Shown one piece after another: positions 26,666 to 40,363 of a DNA stretch of 64,000 bases. A program made the position numbers and the translations under genes. The notes under the pieces were generated by a model. The model had not been told where the DNA came from, ran no database searches, and saw only the letters and a program-made list of their open reading frames with translations. The first letter of the stretch is position 1. Every line of letters starts with the position of its first letter. Origin of the DNA: Octopus sinensis. Its lineage: Eukaryota. The DNA lies in NCBI RefSeq assembly GCF_006345805.1, contig NC_042998.1, positions 175,956,001 through 176,020,000 on the forward strand, read 5' to 3'.

Positions 26666-28589
26666 TAAGTTGTTGGAATTAAGTCACATTGTTGGAATTA
26701 AGTCAGTCGCCAACATGTCTCCGCTCCCGATCTTTTCTACTGATACTACTACTTCAGATGTTGCTGCTCAGAACCAACTGGTCTCGTGCAACCTTAGGCA
26801 CTCACGATTCCCTTATCACTTCTCCTTTCTTTAAACATATTGTGTTCACCATAGGTCTTTCATTAACTACTACAACGGTCTTTCCCACCCAAAACGTCAG
26901 ACTCCGTGGAATCCCAACTAGCGCATGTTTACTCTGTAGTTGTCTAATTGTAGCTACTCAAATGAGTCATTAACTATGGTCTTGAAAGGACTGTGAAGGC
27001 CATCGGCAGAGCCGCTTTCTGCGGATGAATCCAGTATTAAAAAAAAGAGGTAGAGCCATGAAGCCAGCGAAATTCAATCAGGTGTGTGTTTGTAAGTGTG
27101 CGCGCGCGCGTGTGGTGGTGGTGAATTTCCAGTTCGTTACTCCATTTCTGACTGGGGATAACATTTCATGCTAATCCATGCATGCTAATCCAAGCTAAAT
27201 GCAATACCACCACTATAGGATATCAAACAACCATCCCCTGACGATAGATGAGGTCCAACTTTGCACTACAGATCACAAAAACTGGGAGCCATGTCACATA
27301 CAACGAACAAATTCGGCAAGGAAATTGGCATTGAAGAATGGGAACTAGAAAGAAAACAATAATATTCTCAAATTTGAAACGGAGATAAAATAAAACAAGA
27401 GCCAAACTTACAAGTAAGAGTACAGCATATATATATGAAAGGAAAGATTACAAGGAAATGCCATATACGCATTAGAACTGAGTCTAACTGAGAAAAAGAA
27501 TACAGAATGAATGGCTTAGCTGTTCCAGTTATATGTTAGTGTTGGAATATTCACAACTGGGTGTTAAGTGAATTAGCAAGTCCGACAAGCAAGGAAAATA
27601 ATGATTACATTTATTTAGAATATCTTAACCAAAATCTGACACTGATGATTATATTTATCACGAACACAAGGATGTAGACGGGTATTGCAATTAGAAAACT
27701 ATCATTAAATATGTACTATTAAGCTATAAAATATATATTGCAAAAAATATAGGGAAAAATATCACAATTAATAACACACGACATAAACAAAACGAAAGCC
27801 TATTTTGTTTTCTGTTCTCAAGGAAGCCAATGAATATAGAAAATAGAAACCAAAGTAACAAATTATAGTGATACAGGTGAAGGAAAAATACAACAAATGT
27901 GGCTAAAAATTAACAAAAAAAAGTAAAAACAAAATGAAGTCTGGCTCTAAAATGTTATGCGAAGACGTTGGTTAGAAAATCTCTTGCATAGTCAATAATA
28001 ATGAACAAAGTGGAAGCGGATTAAAAAAAATTAGATCTGATTGAGAAACGCTGGATTCAAAGCTGAAGTCGGAATGTTTCTAATAGTAACAAAAGATTAA
28101 AGATCTTTCGTGAGAAACTACCGAAGTCCACCAGACTGTAACATGTAACTGCTGAATAAGTGGAGATTGTGATGTTAAAAATCAATCTCATTGTTTTCTA
28201 GCAACTTGGTCTCAGTCAAAAGGAATTGAACGATCATGACAGAGCTTTAAAAACGGGAAACTATGCCAGTATTATGAAATCTATTGAAAAGAGTTTATAA
28301 AAAAAAAAAACACATCCTAGCAGTTTTCAGAGAACGACGAAATGACTATATCAGGGGAGATGTAGATTCATAATGCTTGGCTAATTAACTGATAATTAGG
28401 GTTATTATGATAAAACAAAATTAAAAGGAAACGTTGGGCCAATGAACACTACATTGAAGTGCTACATTACTATTACATATCAACACTATATTCAACATTT
28501 AGAAGCACTCTATAAGTGATTTATAAATTAAGGAAAAGTGAGGAAAATATATATATAAACACACTTACAAATCTACGTAGATTTATAAT

Positions 28590-29295
28590 AAACAATCGTC
28601 GACTCCAGCTCGTATCCGAGTATTGTGTTCATCAGTTTCCATCCAGTCTCCTCTGTTAATGTTTGTGCCGAAAGTGAAAGTGACTTTGGAGTCCAAGTCG
28701 GTGGTGAAAGAGCCATGGGCAGAATTCGCACGAGATGGTCGGTGTAGGTCGAGGATGTTGAAGACGCTCCTTTCTTCCCCTGCGTTTTGCCTCCTCCTTC
28801 TGTTCTGCTCGAAGGAGCTGGCTCCATTGCGGATAGCAGTCCTCCAGGCTGTCCTATTCGTGGCAATCTGTTCCCATGAGGTCTGTTTGAGCTGGGTCTT
28901 TAAAACAGAAGTTCGGACCTCCTCTGGGTCTTGTTCCGATTGCAAGTTCTCCTTAGAGCATGATCCTTGGGAGACGAGAGGACTCCATACACTGGACGTG
29001 ACCCGCCCAGCCTAGGCGATGGTGTAGAATGGTGGCTTCGACACTTGGTAGTAAGGTGCGGCGAAGAACCTCCTAGTTGGTAACATGATCTTCCCATTGT
29101 ATGTTGATGATCTGTCGTAGCTTCGATTGCTGGAAGCATACAAGACGCTTGAAGTCACGGCGGTACAACGTCCAAGTCTCACAAGCGTAGAGTTGACAGG
29201 ACAATGGTACGGAAGACCATGATCTTTGTCCAGGTGGTCAGCGCGTGATTGAAGAATACACGTTGGATGAAGGCGGAGTGGGCCGCCCTAATGAA
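28590..29295 (-). mobile_element. RTE (BovB-like) LINE 3' fragment
   Basis: Reads TKIMVFRTIVLS, YACETWTLYRRDFKRL, LGWAGHVQCMESSRLPRIML and TSWEQIATNRTAWRTAIRNG across frameshifts. Confidence 0.85.
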
Positions 29296-29949
29296 CAATA
29301 ACAAAGGTTGAAATATTAAACCCATAAGAAAAGAGACATTGAAATTTAGAAAAAAAAACTGCCAACAACCGAATAAACCAGTGTATTGTTGCGCAAGGTG
29401 ACTATTTCGAAAGAAATAATGTTAAAACTTATGTAAATAAGTTATTTATTTTTATTAAACATAATTAGTCCTGGAACTTTTTGATACAAACCATGTACAT
29501 GCAAAATACATACGACTTCACAAAAGGAAGAAAACTATATAACTGAGATTGTCAACGCATAGCAATAATGAATACATCAATGAAAATATAAGAGACTCAC
29601 CACAGAAGAAGCAAGCAAAGCATTATAGCCAATCAATAGCAGAGGAACATCTGAAATGTTGAAGTTGCTTAAGCTCGACACGAAGAAGTAGCTCTAAGAA
29701 AGACTGAAAAAATATGTCCCTGCAAAAATTTCTGTTCACCGATACAAACTGCTCTAAAGTAAATAGACTGAATGATCTAATATTTACTGTACCTGTCGTG
29801 GTATCAAGGGAAACCTAGCTCGATCTTAAGAGTTACACCTTCGGTCAGCCGAAGATATAAAAAGATGCGTGGGAAATATATTGCATAAAAATGGAAAAAC
29901 AAATAAATAAAAACAAAAATATGGTAAGATCAGTCATTGCTTTGCTAGA

Positions 29950-32340
29950 GATCTAAAGTAAAAAAGAAAAAAAAACAACGAAAATATCAATGAAAAAGAC
30001 ACTCTGGAAGCTAAGGAAGAACTTAAGCAAATCATATTAGCAAAGATGTACAGGATAAGCAGCTTTGGAAAATATCAGCATTTCTGTAAAGTGGACAAAA
30101 TATTTTGTTTGAATCAAATATCAAAAGGTTTTACAAGGACATTAATAACAGCCGCCTCTCCAAAACCGGTGGATACACCAACACCAACGGAAATACAAAG
30201 AGGGAATATATATATATATATATAAAGATTCAGTACAATATGAAGTAATAATGGAACAGAAGGGGAAGAGGCAAAAATATAACAATACACCAAGCATGAG
30301 TCACTTTAGCTGGCAATGGCCTTACCAACACAATAACAAAAAAAAAAGCAACTGAAAGCTCCTATGATCAACAAGGTCTTTAATTTTTAACCAAGTAACT
30401 GAGCAGTATGCATGCGTTATGGCGGCAGAATTTAATGAACTGGTAAACAAGTCAAAATCAACACAAGAATCGCTACTAGTGGGGATAACAACATTAATTC
30501 ACTAAAGTAAAACCACCAGAAACCTCCAGAACTATAGAACAATAACTTGTTTGTCAACAACAAAGTTTTTTTTTTACGTCCAGATTCTACAACAGCTGTT
30601 GGTTACTCAACTAATGTGTAATAATATTTTAACATGGACGCAAAAATGTTTCCGAAATAGGATGTATTGCTCTCGGAAACAGCTTCTAGTGAGTCAGGGT
30701 ATTATATAGGACAGAAAAAAAACCGAAAATAACCTTAGCATAGCTTGGATTGATTACTGAATAGTAGTAGTAGAATATTTCACCTTTGGATACTTTAGAC
30801 ATTCCGCATAAATAAATCTGCTCCAATATCTACTAGTTACATCAAGCGTACCGTGTCAAAATTGAAAATGATTCAATCCATATTAGACAAAGAGATGTTA
30901 AGTAAAATCAGCCTTAAACTAATAAGAGAAATATGCCAATAAAGTTTATTATCTTATCTACACTTTTACTTAGTGTTGTTTCCATTAAGAAATCTGCTAA
31001 GTGAAACAATCAATGATGATGCATGTTATGGACAAAATAATCTATCGCCTTTATATGATGACTTTAAAATATTTACATGGGATAATATCCTGTTGGAAAA
31101 TATATTAATTAAACTGAAAATTATGAATAATTTCAGCCAAGATATAAAGATGAGATACATATGGAAAGCTGCTTTAAAAAGAGGAAATTAAATCAGAACA
31201 GTTACATTAACTTAGGTACAATCATCGAAATTGTAAAAGCATGCAATAATATAAAGTGGTCTCGCAACACTCATTTTATCGACCTCGAAATGATGGACAG
31301 CATAAGTCGACGTTGCGAAATTTGAACTCCGAACTTAAAATTGGAAGAAATGGCGTTAAACATTTATAGTCTGGTGTGCTAACGATTCTGCCAGCTCACT
31401 GTCTTTCGAAACAGATTTGTATTAAAACTGAACTAAATACAAGAAATACGATCCAGTAATAAGCATAAATACACTAGCAATCCCAGTTATAAACTATACC
31501 TATTTCTTTATTGCCCACTAGGGGCTAAACACAGAGGGGACAAACAAGGATAGACATAGGTATTAAGTCGATTACATCGACCCCAGTGCGTAACTGGTAC
31601 TTAATTTATCGACCCCGAAAGGATGAAAGGCAAAATCGACCTCGGCGGAATTTGAACTCACAACGTACCGCTAAGTATTTCGCCCGGCGTGCTAACGTTT
31701 CTGCCAGCTCTTCATCATAAGAAACCGGAAGTAAAGCGATTTCAAAAACTTAAATAAAAAATGGCGTGATCAGCACAATTGGAGCACGAATTCTGATACA
31801 ATAGATAACTAGTACAAATAAATAATAATAATGCTAGAAAAATATTTAGAAACAAGCAAACAAAGATTGTTAATTGTCATCGGGAAGTATTGAAGAAAAG
31901 GAAGAAAAATATACATATAAGAAAACAACAATGTGCAAACTAAATACAGATTTAGATCAGGTGAAAAGAAAAGAAAATATTTTAAAAAGTAAGGCACACT
32001 ACAAAATGGTGTTCCAAAATATAATAAAGAAAGATGAAAAATGGAGAAAAGAAAAATGGAGGAAAAACCACTATACGACCAATATCCTGTAAGACTTGAC
32101 AAAGAGGAAGTAAGCCAGAGTGAAAGCTAACAATGGCTCAAAAGCTCTGGTCTAAAAGTAGAAGCAAGTATGACAAAAATAAAATGATGAAAAAAAAAAA
32201 GTGTTAATATCGAGTGCAGACTTTATAACAAGTACAATGAGACAATTCACTACATTATTTTCGGTTGTTCAGTCCTTGCCAAGTGTATGTGCACTCACAA
32301 GCGTATTCGAGTCGGCAGCTTTGTTCACTGAGCAATACGC
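29950..32340 (+). mobile_element. Old, heavily decayed R4/Dong-type LINE interrupted by SINEs
   Basis: Residual motifs include ELKQIILAK, QNYRTITCLST, NNLSIAWIDY*, KPLYDQYP, QWLKSSGLKVE and CRLYNKYNETIHYIIFGC, collinear with the 50.8-kb element. Confidence 0.7.
31498..31712 (-). mobile_element. SINE family A copy (a second degenerate copy lies at ~31250-31400)
   Basis: High identity to 23490-23714. Confidence 0.85.
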
Positions 32341-32898
32341 TAACACTTCGATGAGATAAGAAGTTGTATAAATATGTGCCAAAAACGGTACACGACTTTG
32401 ACCAAGGCACAATCATACGGAGCGTTTATTCCAGACAGATTAAGGAGACTGTACAGGTACAATAATCAAGGATTGGATCGAAAATATTTGCACTCTGGTA
32501 TATATTTCGATCCTTTCTTATTTAGACATCACTTAGAAGGAGGTGATGACACTGTAATAATTTGAAAATAGGGATCTTTACCCTTTGAACGGCAGATCGA
32601 GAAACTAATTTTTTGTAACTAAACACTTTCAGACTTCGGACACTGGTAGAATGTGTTATATAAAACATCTTTTACTCTTAGTGTTGTTGAGAAAAGTTTC
32701 TATTTTCAAAGTTCTTTCGTGTTAATGTTGTCGTATTTCAGTAATTTCAACCAATCAATGACGTGTATTCAGCTGAATAAAATTACTGCTGTTGTTTGTC
32801 AACAACAACTTCCAGCGGGGTTTGTCACTGTTATTTGTGACATATTTCATCTCAGTTACATTTGTATGAATAAACGAGTCTATTTGAAGCATGTTTAC

Positions 32899-33255
32899 GT
32901 CATGGCACCACCACAATCGTTCGTGCATTTCTACTGCTTTTAGTTTTTTTTCCTGTTTTTCAGCTACTATTTTCGGAAATACTTTTTTGGTCCCATCCCC
33001 CCGCCCCCAATTTCTTCATTTTTCACTTTTTCCCGTAACTCTAACCCTAAAACCTTAACCTAACCCTAACCCTAAAATCCTAACCTTAACCCTAACCCTA
33101 ACCCTAAAACCTTAACCCTAACCCTAAAACCCTAAACCTAAAACCCTAACTCTAAAACCCTAACCCTAACCCTAAAACCCTAACCCTAACTCTAAAACTC
33201 TAAAGCTAAAACCAGTACAAACGCACGAACGATGTCACAAACGGCTTTACATGAC
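32899..33255. mobile_element. MITE-like element with imperfect TIRs enclosing a (CCCTAA)n-variant array
   Basis: Termini are gtcatg.../...catgac. atcgttcgtgcatttctactg (32916-32936) is the inverted near-match of cagtacaaacgcacgaacgat (33213-33233). A telomere-like array spans 33036-33212. Confidence 0.6.
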
Positions 33256-33492
33256 TTAGCAGAGGGTGCAGTTTTTTATATTTGACCCAGGAGTAGTTAA
33301 GTCGATTACACCAACTCAGTATTGAACTGCTACTTTCATTTAACGTCCGTTTTCCAAACTGGCATGGGTTGGACGGTTTGGTAGCGGCTGGTTAGCCAGA
33401 AGACTGCACCAGACTTCACTGCTTGTTCCAAACACCAATTACTATACAGAGTGATATATATATATGTTTGTGTGTGTGTGTATATATGTGTG

Positions 33493-33530
<38 letters not shown>

Positions 33531-33817
33531 CGCACTCTCGTACATAAATATACATACATATTAATGCCGTTTTTATTTCAAGTTATAATAAAAACAATTT
33601 TATATTAAACTGAAGGATTACTCAGTACTTTCTGTAGAGTACATAATTATTATTCGTTAACAAGAACTGCGTTGACAGTGACTTCAAAATCGCTGTCAAC
33701 ACTATTCTTGTTAAAGAACAATAAATATACATATATGTGCATACATACATATAAGTATACATACATGTATATAATACATATATATACACACATACATATA
33801 CTTATGCACGCACACAC

Positions 33818-33876
<59 letters not shown>

Positions 33877-34624
33877 TACATACACACATGTGCGGGCCAT
33901 GCTGAAGCGTGCACACATATACATACATATACACACATATATACAAACATATTCTTATGTCCAAAAAAGAAAGAATTCTTAAACATGTCCCCAACCCTAT
34001 TCCACTCTAAAATATTAATTTTAGTTATTTTTGTTTTGTTTTGTTTTAGTTCTAAAAGTCTCCATTTTGTTTTCAACCAACAGCAAATGAATAAATTAAG
34101 GAGAGGAACAAAATTTTAAAAATAATTTTCTTTGATTTCAATGTAGATTCCTTTTTGTATTATCGTTGTTGTTCAAGATTTTTTTTGGGTTCCCATGCGA
34201 TGTTTATTTGTCTCATATATATGTTGCATATCATTTGTGTGTATATGTGCATGTATGTATGTTTGTGTGCATGTGTGTGTGTGTGTGTGCATGTGTGTAT
34301 GTGTGTGTGTGTGTGTGTGTCTGTGTGTACATGTTTGAGCATTACAAATGAGGGTAAAAATTTATTCATTCAAAATTGATGGTTCAAATCTGTCTCGACT
34401 TTGAGTTTTTCTGATTGAAATATGCGTACATAGATACATACATACATACATGTCTATGTCCAGCCATATCACGTGATATGGATATATTTGTTTACTTCAT
34501 TTTGTGAGTTGATCTCACCATAGAAAACTGCTTTTGCTCGCTACCTTGCTTTTCCGTCAACTCATGAGGTTAGTACTTTGTGTCGCTATCGAGTCGTATT
34601 TTACTTTATTTCTAGCAATACTCT

Positions 34625-34859
34625 TTACCCTTTTTACTCTTTTACTTGTTTCAGTCATTTGACTGCGGCTATGCTGGAGCACCGCCTTTAATCGAGCAAC
34701 TCGACCCCAGGACTTATTCTTTTGTAAACCCAGTACTTATTCTATCGGTCTCTTTTACCGAACCGCTAAGTAACGGGGACATAAACACACCAGCATCGGT
34801 TGTCAAGCAATGCTAGGGGGACAAACACAGACACACAAACGCACACACGCATATATATA

Positions 34860-34891
<32 letters not shown>

Positions 34892-35063
34892 CATATATAC
34901 GACGGGCTTCTTTTCAGTTTCCGTCTACCAAATCCACTCACAAGGCTTTGGTCGGCCCGAGGCTATAGCAGAAGACACTTGCCCAAGGAGCTACGCAGTG
35001 GGACTGAACCCGGAACCATGTGGTTGGTAAACAAGCTACTTACCACACAGCCACTCCTGCGCC
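34625..35063 (-). mobile_element. SINE family C full copy
   Basis: Near-identical to 23950-24360 with the complete head ggcgcaggagtggctgtgtgg. Confidence 0.9.
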
Positions 35064-35449
35064 TATGCTTGAACTATTTTTGTATCCTGGTTTTTAGATA
35101 TAAATATATTTAAAATAATAAGGTAGTCAGAATATTGGATGATTATATATATATATTTTATTTATTTACATTTTTTGCTTTTTCTTCTGTTATCGGATTT
35201 ATCAAAAAATGGTTCAAATTTAGATTTCTTGGCCTTTTTATAAAGAATTTTCTGGGGTTTGCTAAGCAAGGGAGATGAAAGAAGAAAAAAGAATTTTTTG
35301 AGAGGGGGTATAAAGAGGCGTGGTTTTTGTGTGGTCAGACTTGTTCGTTTAGTACTTAGTTGCCTTTTAAGGTAGAAGAGGAAAAAAAAGAGAGAGGTAA
35401 TTGTATTTGAATTGGTCAAAGTTTTAATTGAAAAACCACATGTTGTTTT

Positions 35450-35985
35450 TGACTTTCTTCAGTAAAAATTATAATTGCATTTCCAGGACTTTCTCTAACA
35501 AACACGCAACGAACCAGCAATCAATATTTCCAACTCGAACTGCAAACTGTACCTGGACTTCGAAGACCAAACTACGAACTCGTCTCTTTATTTGCCTATA
35601 AAAAGCATACATAGAGGGGGTCGAACAAAGACAGATCGGACAGCACAAGTGGAGACAAATACGTAAACGGATGAATGATATGAAATTATATAAGAATGAA
35701 GATGCAATGGCTACCAATCGACCCCACTTCCGATCAGTACTACTTTAACTCTATCTTTAGCCAACGTTCATCTGAGCAACTACCTGGTAAGTATAAAGCA
35801 ATTTAGCTGTTTCGTCTTTCATGTCCATCAAGATGGCTGCCAGCAGCCATATTTCGTTAATTTCTGGGGGCAGCCTGCCAATTCTTACTCTTGTCACTCG
35901 TTTTCCGAGGTAAGTCGACAGTAATGCCCATTTCTCCGATTTTAAGGCTACAGTGGCGTGTCTTGCTGCTTCCTCCATTGACGTG
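35450..35985 (-). mobile_element. L1/Tx1-like ORF1 fragment
   Basis: Reads EEAARHATVALKSEKWALLSTYLGKRVTRVRIGRLPPEINEIWLLAAI, resembling Tx1-type ORF1. The assignment rests on my recollection of similar proteins. Confidence 0.5.
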
Positions 35986-36830
35986 TTTAGTGTTAAAGAA
36001 TTAGTCAAAGGCTAATCTCGCTGCCAGCACGTCGGTTGCAATGCCTTTCCTAAGCTTTTCGTTTAAGTTTTTAAGTTTCCTTTTATTCTATTTCTTTCAC
36101 CCACTAATGCCTTACTAAACCTAATCGATTCTAGTTGCCATTTACAGAGCAAACTACCGTTTGTTGTTAAAGGATTGACGCCGTAAACACCCGCTTAACC
36201 AATTTGCTAATTCGGTCTCTGTTAGCTTGGCACACCGAGAGTGACGCAGTCACTTTCCAGTAACCGGATCCTTGCCTACGAAGCCTAAGTTATATAATTT
36301 GTGGTCTGTATAGCCGACGATTTTAAAAAGCAGTCAACTTAGGTTGTCCTTATCTACTAGCCTATAGAATAATCCATCTAGATACGACTTGGATGACCCG
36401 ATGCGTTTCGTCCACGTCTATAGTGGCACATTCGGGAAATCCAGTCGGTACATATCAGACAGTTAGAAATGTCTGGGCAGGTTTTGTGAGACTTTTGCAT
36501 TCCCTTCTTCTCTTAGCCAGCTGCACACAATCCAAACGCGCGTCCAGGATAAGGTTCCATTTGCCCACTAGCACTAAAAGTAAAGACGCTTTAGGAAAAC
36601 CTCCAGACGTTTGAAGAAATCTTGCTGCCCTGCCCCTGTCGGAGCATAAACAACCACCAGTCTGAAAGCACCTTCATTGTTACTGTTCACGTCCAGAACC
36701 ACCACTTAGCTTCTGGGTCCAGGAAAGTGACTCTTATTTCGAAATCTATATCTTTCCAAAATAATACCACAGTTCCACCCACCATTCCTATCCACCAAAA
36801 ATGGGCATGAAAGCTTGTAGATCGGAAAAT
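35985..36830 (-). mobile_element. L1/Tx1 ORF2 5' fragment (APE endonuclease), degenerate
   Basis: Reads FRLVVVYAPTGAGQQDFFKRLEVFL, GKWNLILDARLD, WTKRIGSSKSYLD, GYTDHKL and RQGSGYWK (APE motifs and the L1-family GYWKLN motif). Confidence 0.8.
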
Positions 36831-37229
36831 CAAATCTCACTGATAGTCACAACATATTCAATGACCTGAGGTCATTGAGTAGGTGGTTTTGTTTTCCAAG
36901 GCGACCCCAGGGAATGTGCATTTACACTGCCTATTCTGAGTACGGCCATATTAAACAGTGAGAAAGAAGGAACAGAAGAGAGCTACTTACGGTGATTAAA
37001 ATGATAATAAATCCTGCGAAAAAATATTGCCAACCTTAAAATATTTGATTCTCTCTCTAAAAGAACAAGAAAAAAAAGGTTACAAATTTAATATAATATT
37101 AATTCTCAGAATCTGGTCTCCTTTCCCTGCAGTATATCATTGCTAATCATAAATAACACTCATAGTAAACTTGCTGTTACTTCAGGTCTTTGGGTCAAAC
37201 TTTGAGAAGCTTGTATAAAACAAAGCAAG

Positions 37230-37265
37230 AACAACAACACCACCACCACCAACAACAACAACAAC

Positions 37266-37311
<46 letters not shown>

Positions 37312-37346
37312 TAATAATAATAATAATAATAATGATAATAATAATA

Positions 37347-37386
<40 letters not shown>

Positions 37387-37435
37387 CGATGATGATGATG
37401 ATGATGACGACGACGACGACGACGACGACGATATC
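37230..37435. repeat. Compound trinucleotide tract (CAA)(CAC)(AAT)(GAT)(GAC)
   Basis: Direct read. Confidence 0.95.
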
Positions 37436-38328
37436 TATGTTTTTTTGTAGGAGGGTAAAGCCTGCTATATGGGTAAAGCCAGCTACTTGACTGGTACTTT
37501 ATTTTATCGACCTCGAAAGGGCGGAAGTCGAAGCCGATCTTTGCAAGACATGTACTTACAGACCCAGAGGTTCGGAACTAACTAGAGCACAGTAATAATA
37601 GCTGAACAATAATAGCTAAACATTACTTTAATTACGCTAAAAAATTTTTCATTTGTAACTGATTTGCTGAATACACGTCTTGAATGATTGTTAAACAGCT
37701 TTTGATCGGTTCATACAATAGATTTATAGTAACGGCTCATCGGTTCAGAGTAAACAGGATATGCATTAATTTGCCCATGCTCAGGAAATGGAAGTGTTAA
37801 CAGAGCTTCCGGCAATGTCTGCAGCCATTACCAGAATTATGGTGGTATTGTTGTTATAATAGTGTTGTTCTTGTTATTCCTGAGGATATTGTTGTTGTTG
37901 TTGTTGTTATTGCTGCTACTATTGTGCTGGTTATTGTAAACAATCATGTGGACTGTATAAAAATAAAACTGATATTAAATATTAAAGCCTGAATGTTCTG
38001 AGATATTCAACTGTCTTTTTTTTTCGATATTGCAGATTTATTGTTAACTTGCAAGGAGAGTTATATGAAACAATGTTGTTGTTGTTGTTGTTGCTACTTA
38101 CCCTCAAGTTTATTTTCATTAAGCCGTCACCACCCCGCTCTCTTTTTCAGGACGAGTAAGACTGCATATACTGAATGTATTTTTATTCTTCTTTTACAGA
38201 TGTCAAGTTGTGATCTTGAGAGAAATTTAGCTACTATTTCTAGAAAGTCGAGTATCCAGGTGTAGTTCCCTTGTTTGCTCGTAGCAGTAGAAGTCCAACG
38301 TGTAATTTAATTGCTGTAGTTGATTAGC

Positions 38329-38718
38329 GTGGAGGCGCAATGGCCCAGTGGTTAGGGCAGCGGACTCGCGGTCATAGGATCGCGGTTTCGATTCCCAGAA
38401 CGGGCGTTGTGAGTGTTTATTGAGCGAAAATACCTAAAAGTTCCATCAGGCTCCGGCAGGGTATGGTGGTGATCCCTGCTGTACTCTTTCACTGCAACTT
38501 TCTCTCACTCTTACTTCCTGTTTCTGTAGTACCTGTATTTCAAAGGGCCAGCCTTGTCACTCTCTGTGTCACGCTGAATATCCCCGAGAACTACGTTAAG
38601 GGTACACGTGTCTGTGGAGTGCTCAGCCACTTACACGTTAATTTCACGAGCAGGCTGTTCCGTTGATTCGGATGAACCGGAACCCTCGTCGTCGTAACCG
38701 ACGGAGTGCTTCCATCCC
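38329..38718 (+). mobile_element. tRNA-derived SINE family B with tail X, flanked by a 161-bp direct repeat
   Basis: A-box TGGCCCAGTGG, B-box GTTTCGATTCC. 38168-38328 is identical to 38719-38879. Confidence 0.9.
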
Positions 38719-39705
38719 ATACTGAATGTATTTTTATTCTTCTTTTACAGATGTCAAGTTGTGATCTTGAGAGAAATTTAGCTACTATTTCTAGAAAGTC
38801 GAGTATCCAGGTGTAGTTCCCTTGTTTGCTCGTAGCAGTAGAAGTCCAACGTGTAATTTAATTGCTGTAGTTGATTAGCACTAGGTCATCCCTGATCGAG
38901 TAGAATTTTCATTAGAGGCGTCCCAACAGTGACTATCTCATTGTTTTTCCCATACCAAGGACTACGTTCTTTAATACACTTCCTTTTTTAAGACGGTTGA
39001 GGCTTCCTCACCGGCTGCTGTGATTTAATGAAATTTAGTAGCAGTATGACATAGTGCTAGATGATGTAGTATAAAGTGATATAGAGAAAAGAAGCGTGAA
39101 AGTGCATGGTCTGGTGGTTAGAGTGCTGGAATCCCGATCACAAAGTCGTAATCCCGATTTTTAGATCGGACAGCACGTTGTGTCATTGAGCAAAGTACTT
39201 TATTTTACGTCGCTACAGTTTACTACTCAGCTATACTGAATATCAGCATAGTACTGGTGCAACCCTCTCTGATCTGGCTGGTATTTCTAGGAGGTCTAGT
39301 GATCGTGCAAAGCTTTCCTTGTCGGCCTGAAGAACCAATAAGAACCAGTGATATAGACAGTGTAGAGTATATTAAAAAATGATTTCTCAGTGATGATTGT
39401 GATTGCTCTGCTTTGATCCTAACGTGACCCCAACTGAAATGAGAAAATGAGATTAAAAGAATAAAATTTGAATTCAAACCTTGACTTCGTTGCCAACGAT
39501 TTATGAACAATTTCTAAACGATTTATGAGAGGAATAGAAAGTAATATGATAAGGTAGACAAGCATACAATTACACACTCACATACACATGCATAAACACA
39601 CCAGCACATATACCCATAGTCTTTCTCTCTTTACACACACAATGAAATACACATTGAAAGAGAGGCAGAGGCAGATAAGAGAGAAATAGGGAGGGAGAGG
39701 CAGAT

Positions 39706-39736
<31 letters not shown>

Positions 39737-40363
39737 TGAGAGAGAGAGAGAGAGAGTCTAAAAGTGAGATTGAGTTAGAAAGAAAGAAATACAGAATATA
39801 GGGAAAGAGGAAAAGAAATTGAAGAAAAGTGAAAAAACGAACAATAAAAAGGAGAAGATTGAAAAGTAAAAAGAAAGAAAGAGAAGGAAAGAGAAACATG
39901 TAAAAAAAAAAGGAAGGATGAGAAAAGATGGGCGTGATGAAGAGGCGAGAGAAGGCATGAAAACTAGAGTGCAACAGAAGAATAATAGAGGGGTAGGAAA
40001 TATTTGCATTTGACGGGAAAATTCGAATGGGATCAATATTAATTTCAGAATTTAAATGTGATTGAATGGTAGAAAAATTAAAATGTCAACCTACTATTTC
40101 TAGCAGGCTATGCAGCTACGTAGAGGCGCCTTCGATTGTAATGAATACGGCAGAATATGACAATTGCAGGTTCTTTATTTCTAGTGAGGCTGATCTGGTT
40201 GAGAAGAGAACGAATTCCAGTGGTGCGCAATTCGAGTGGAGGGGTGGAGGAGAGAAATATTGAGGAATGTGCTTTAAACAAGGTTTAAGGATGTGATACA
40301 GATGTATAATGGCATAGATCAGAGAATGATCTATGTTGAGAGTGACACTCTACCTTTACTCAC

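Noticed and set aside
33036-33212. True telomere or chromosome fusion site
   Set aside because: The array is short, degenerate, single-orientation, internal and bracketed by TIR-like sequences.
38329-38405. tRNA gene
   Set aside because: The A/B boxes continue into SINE body and tail sequence and there is no complete cloverleaf. The same applies to the heads at 16156, 35063, 58787 and 59443.
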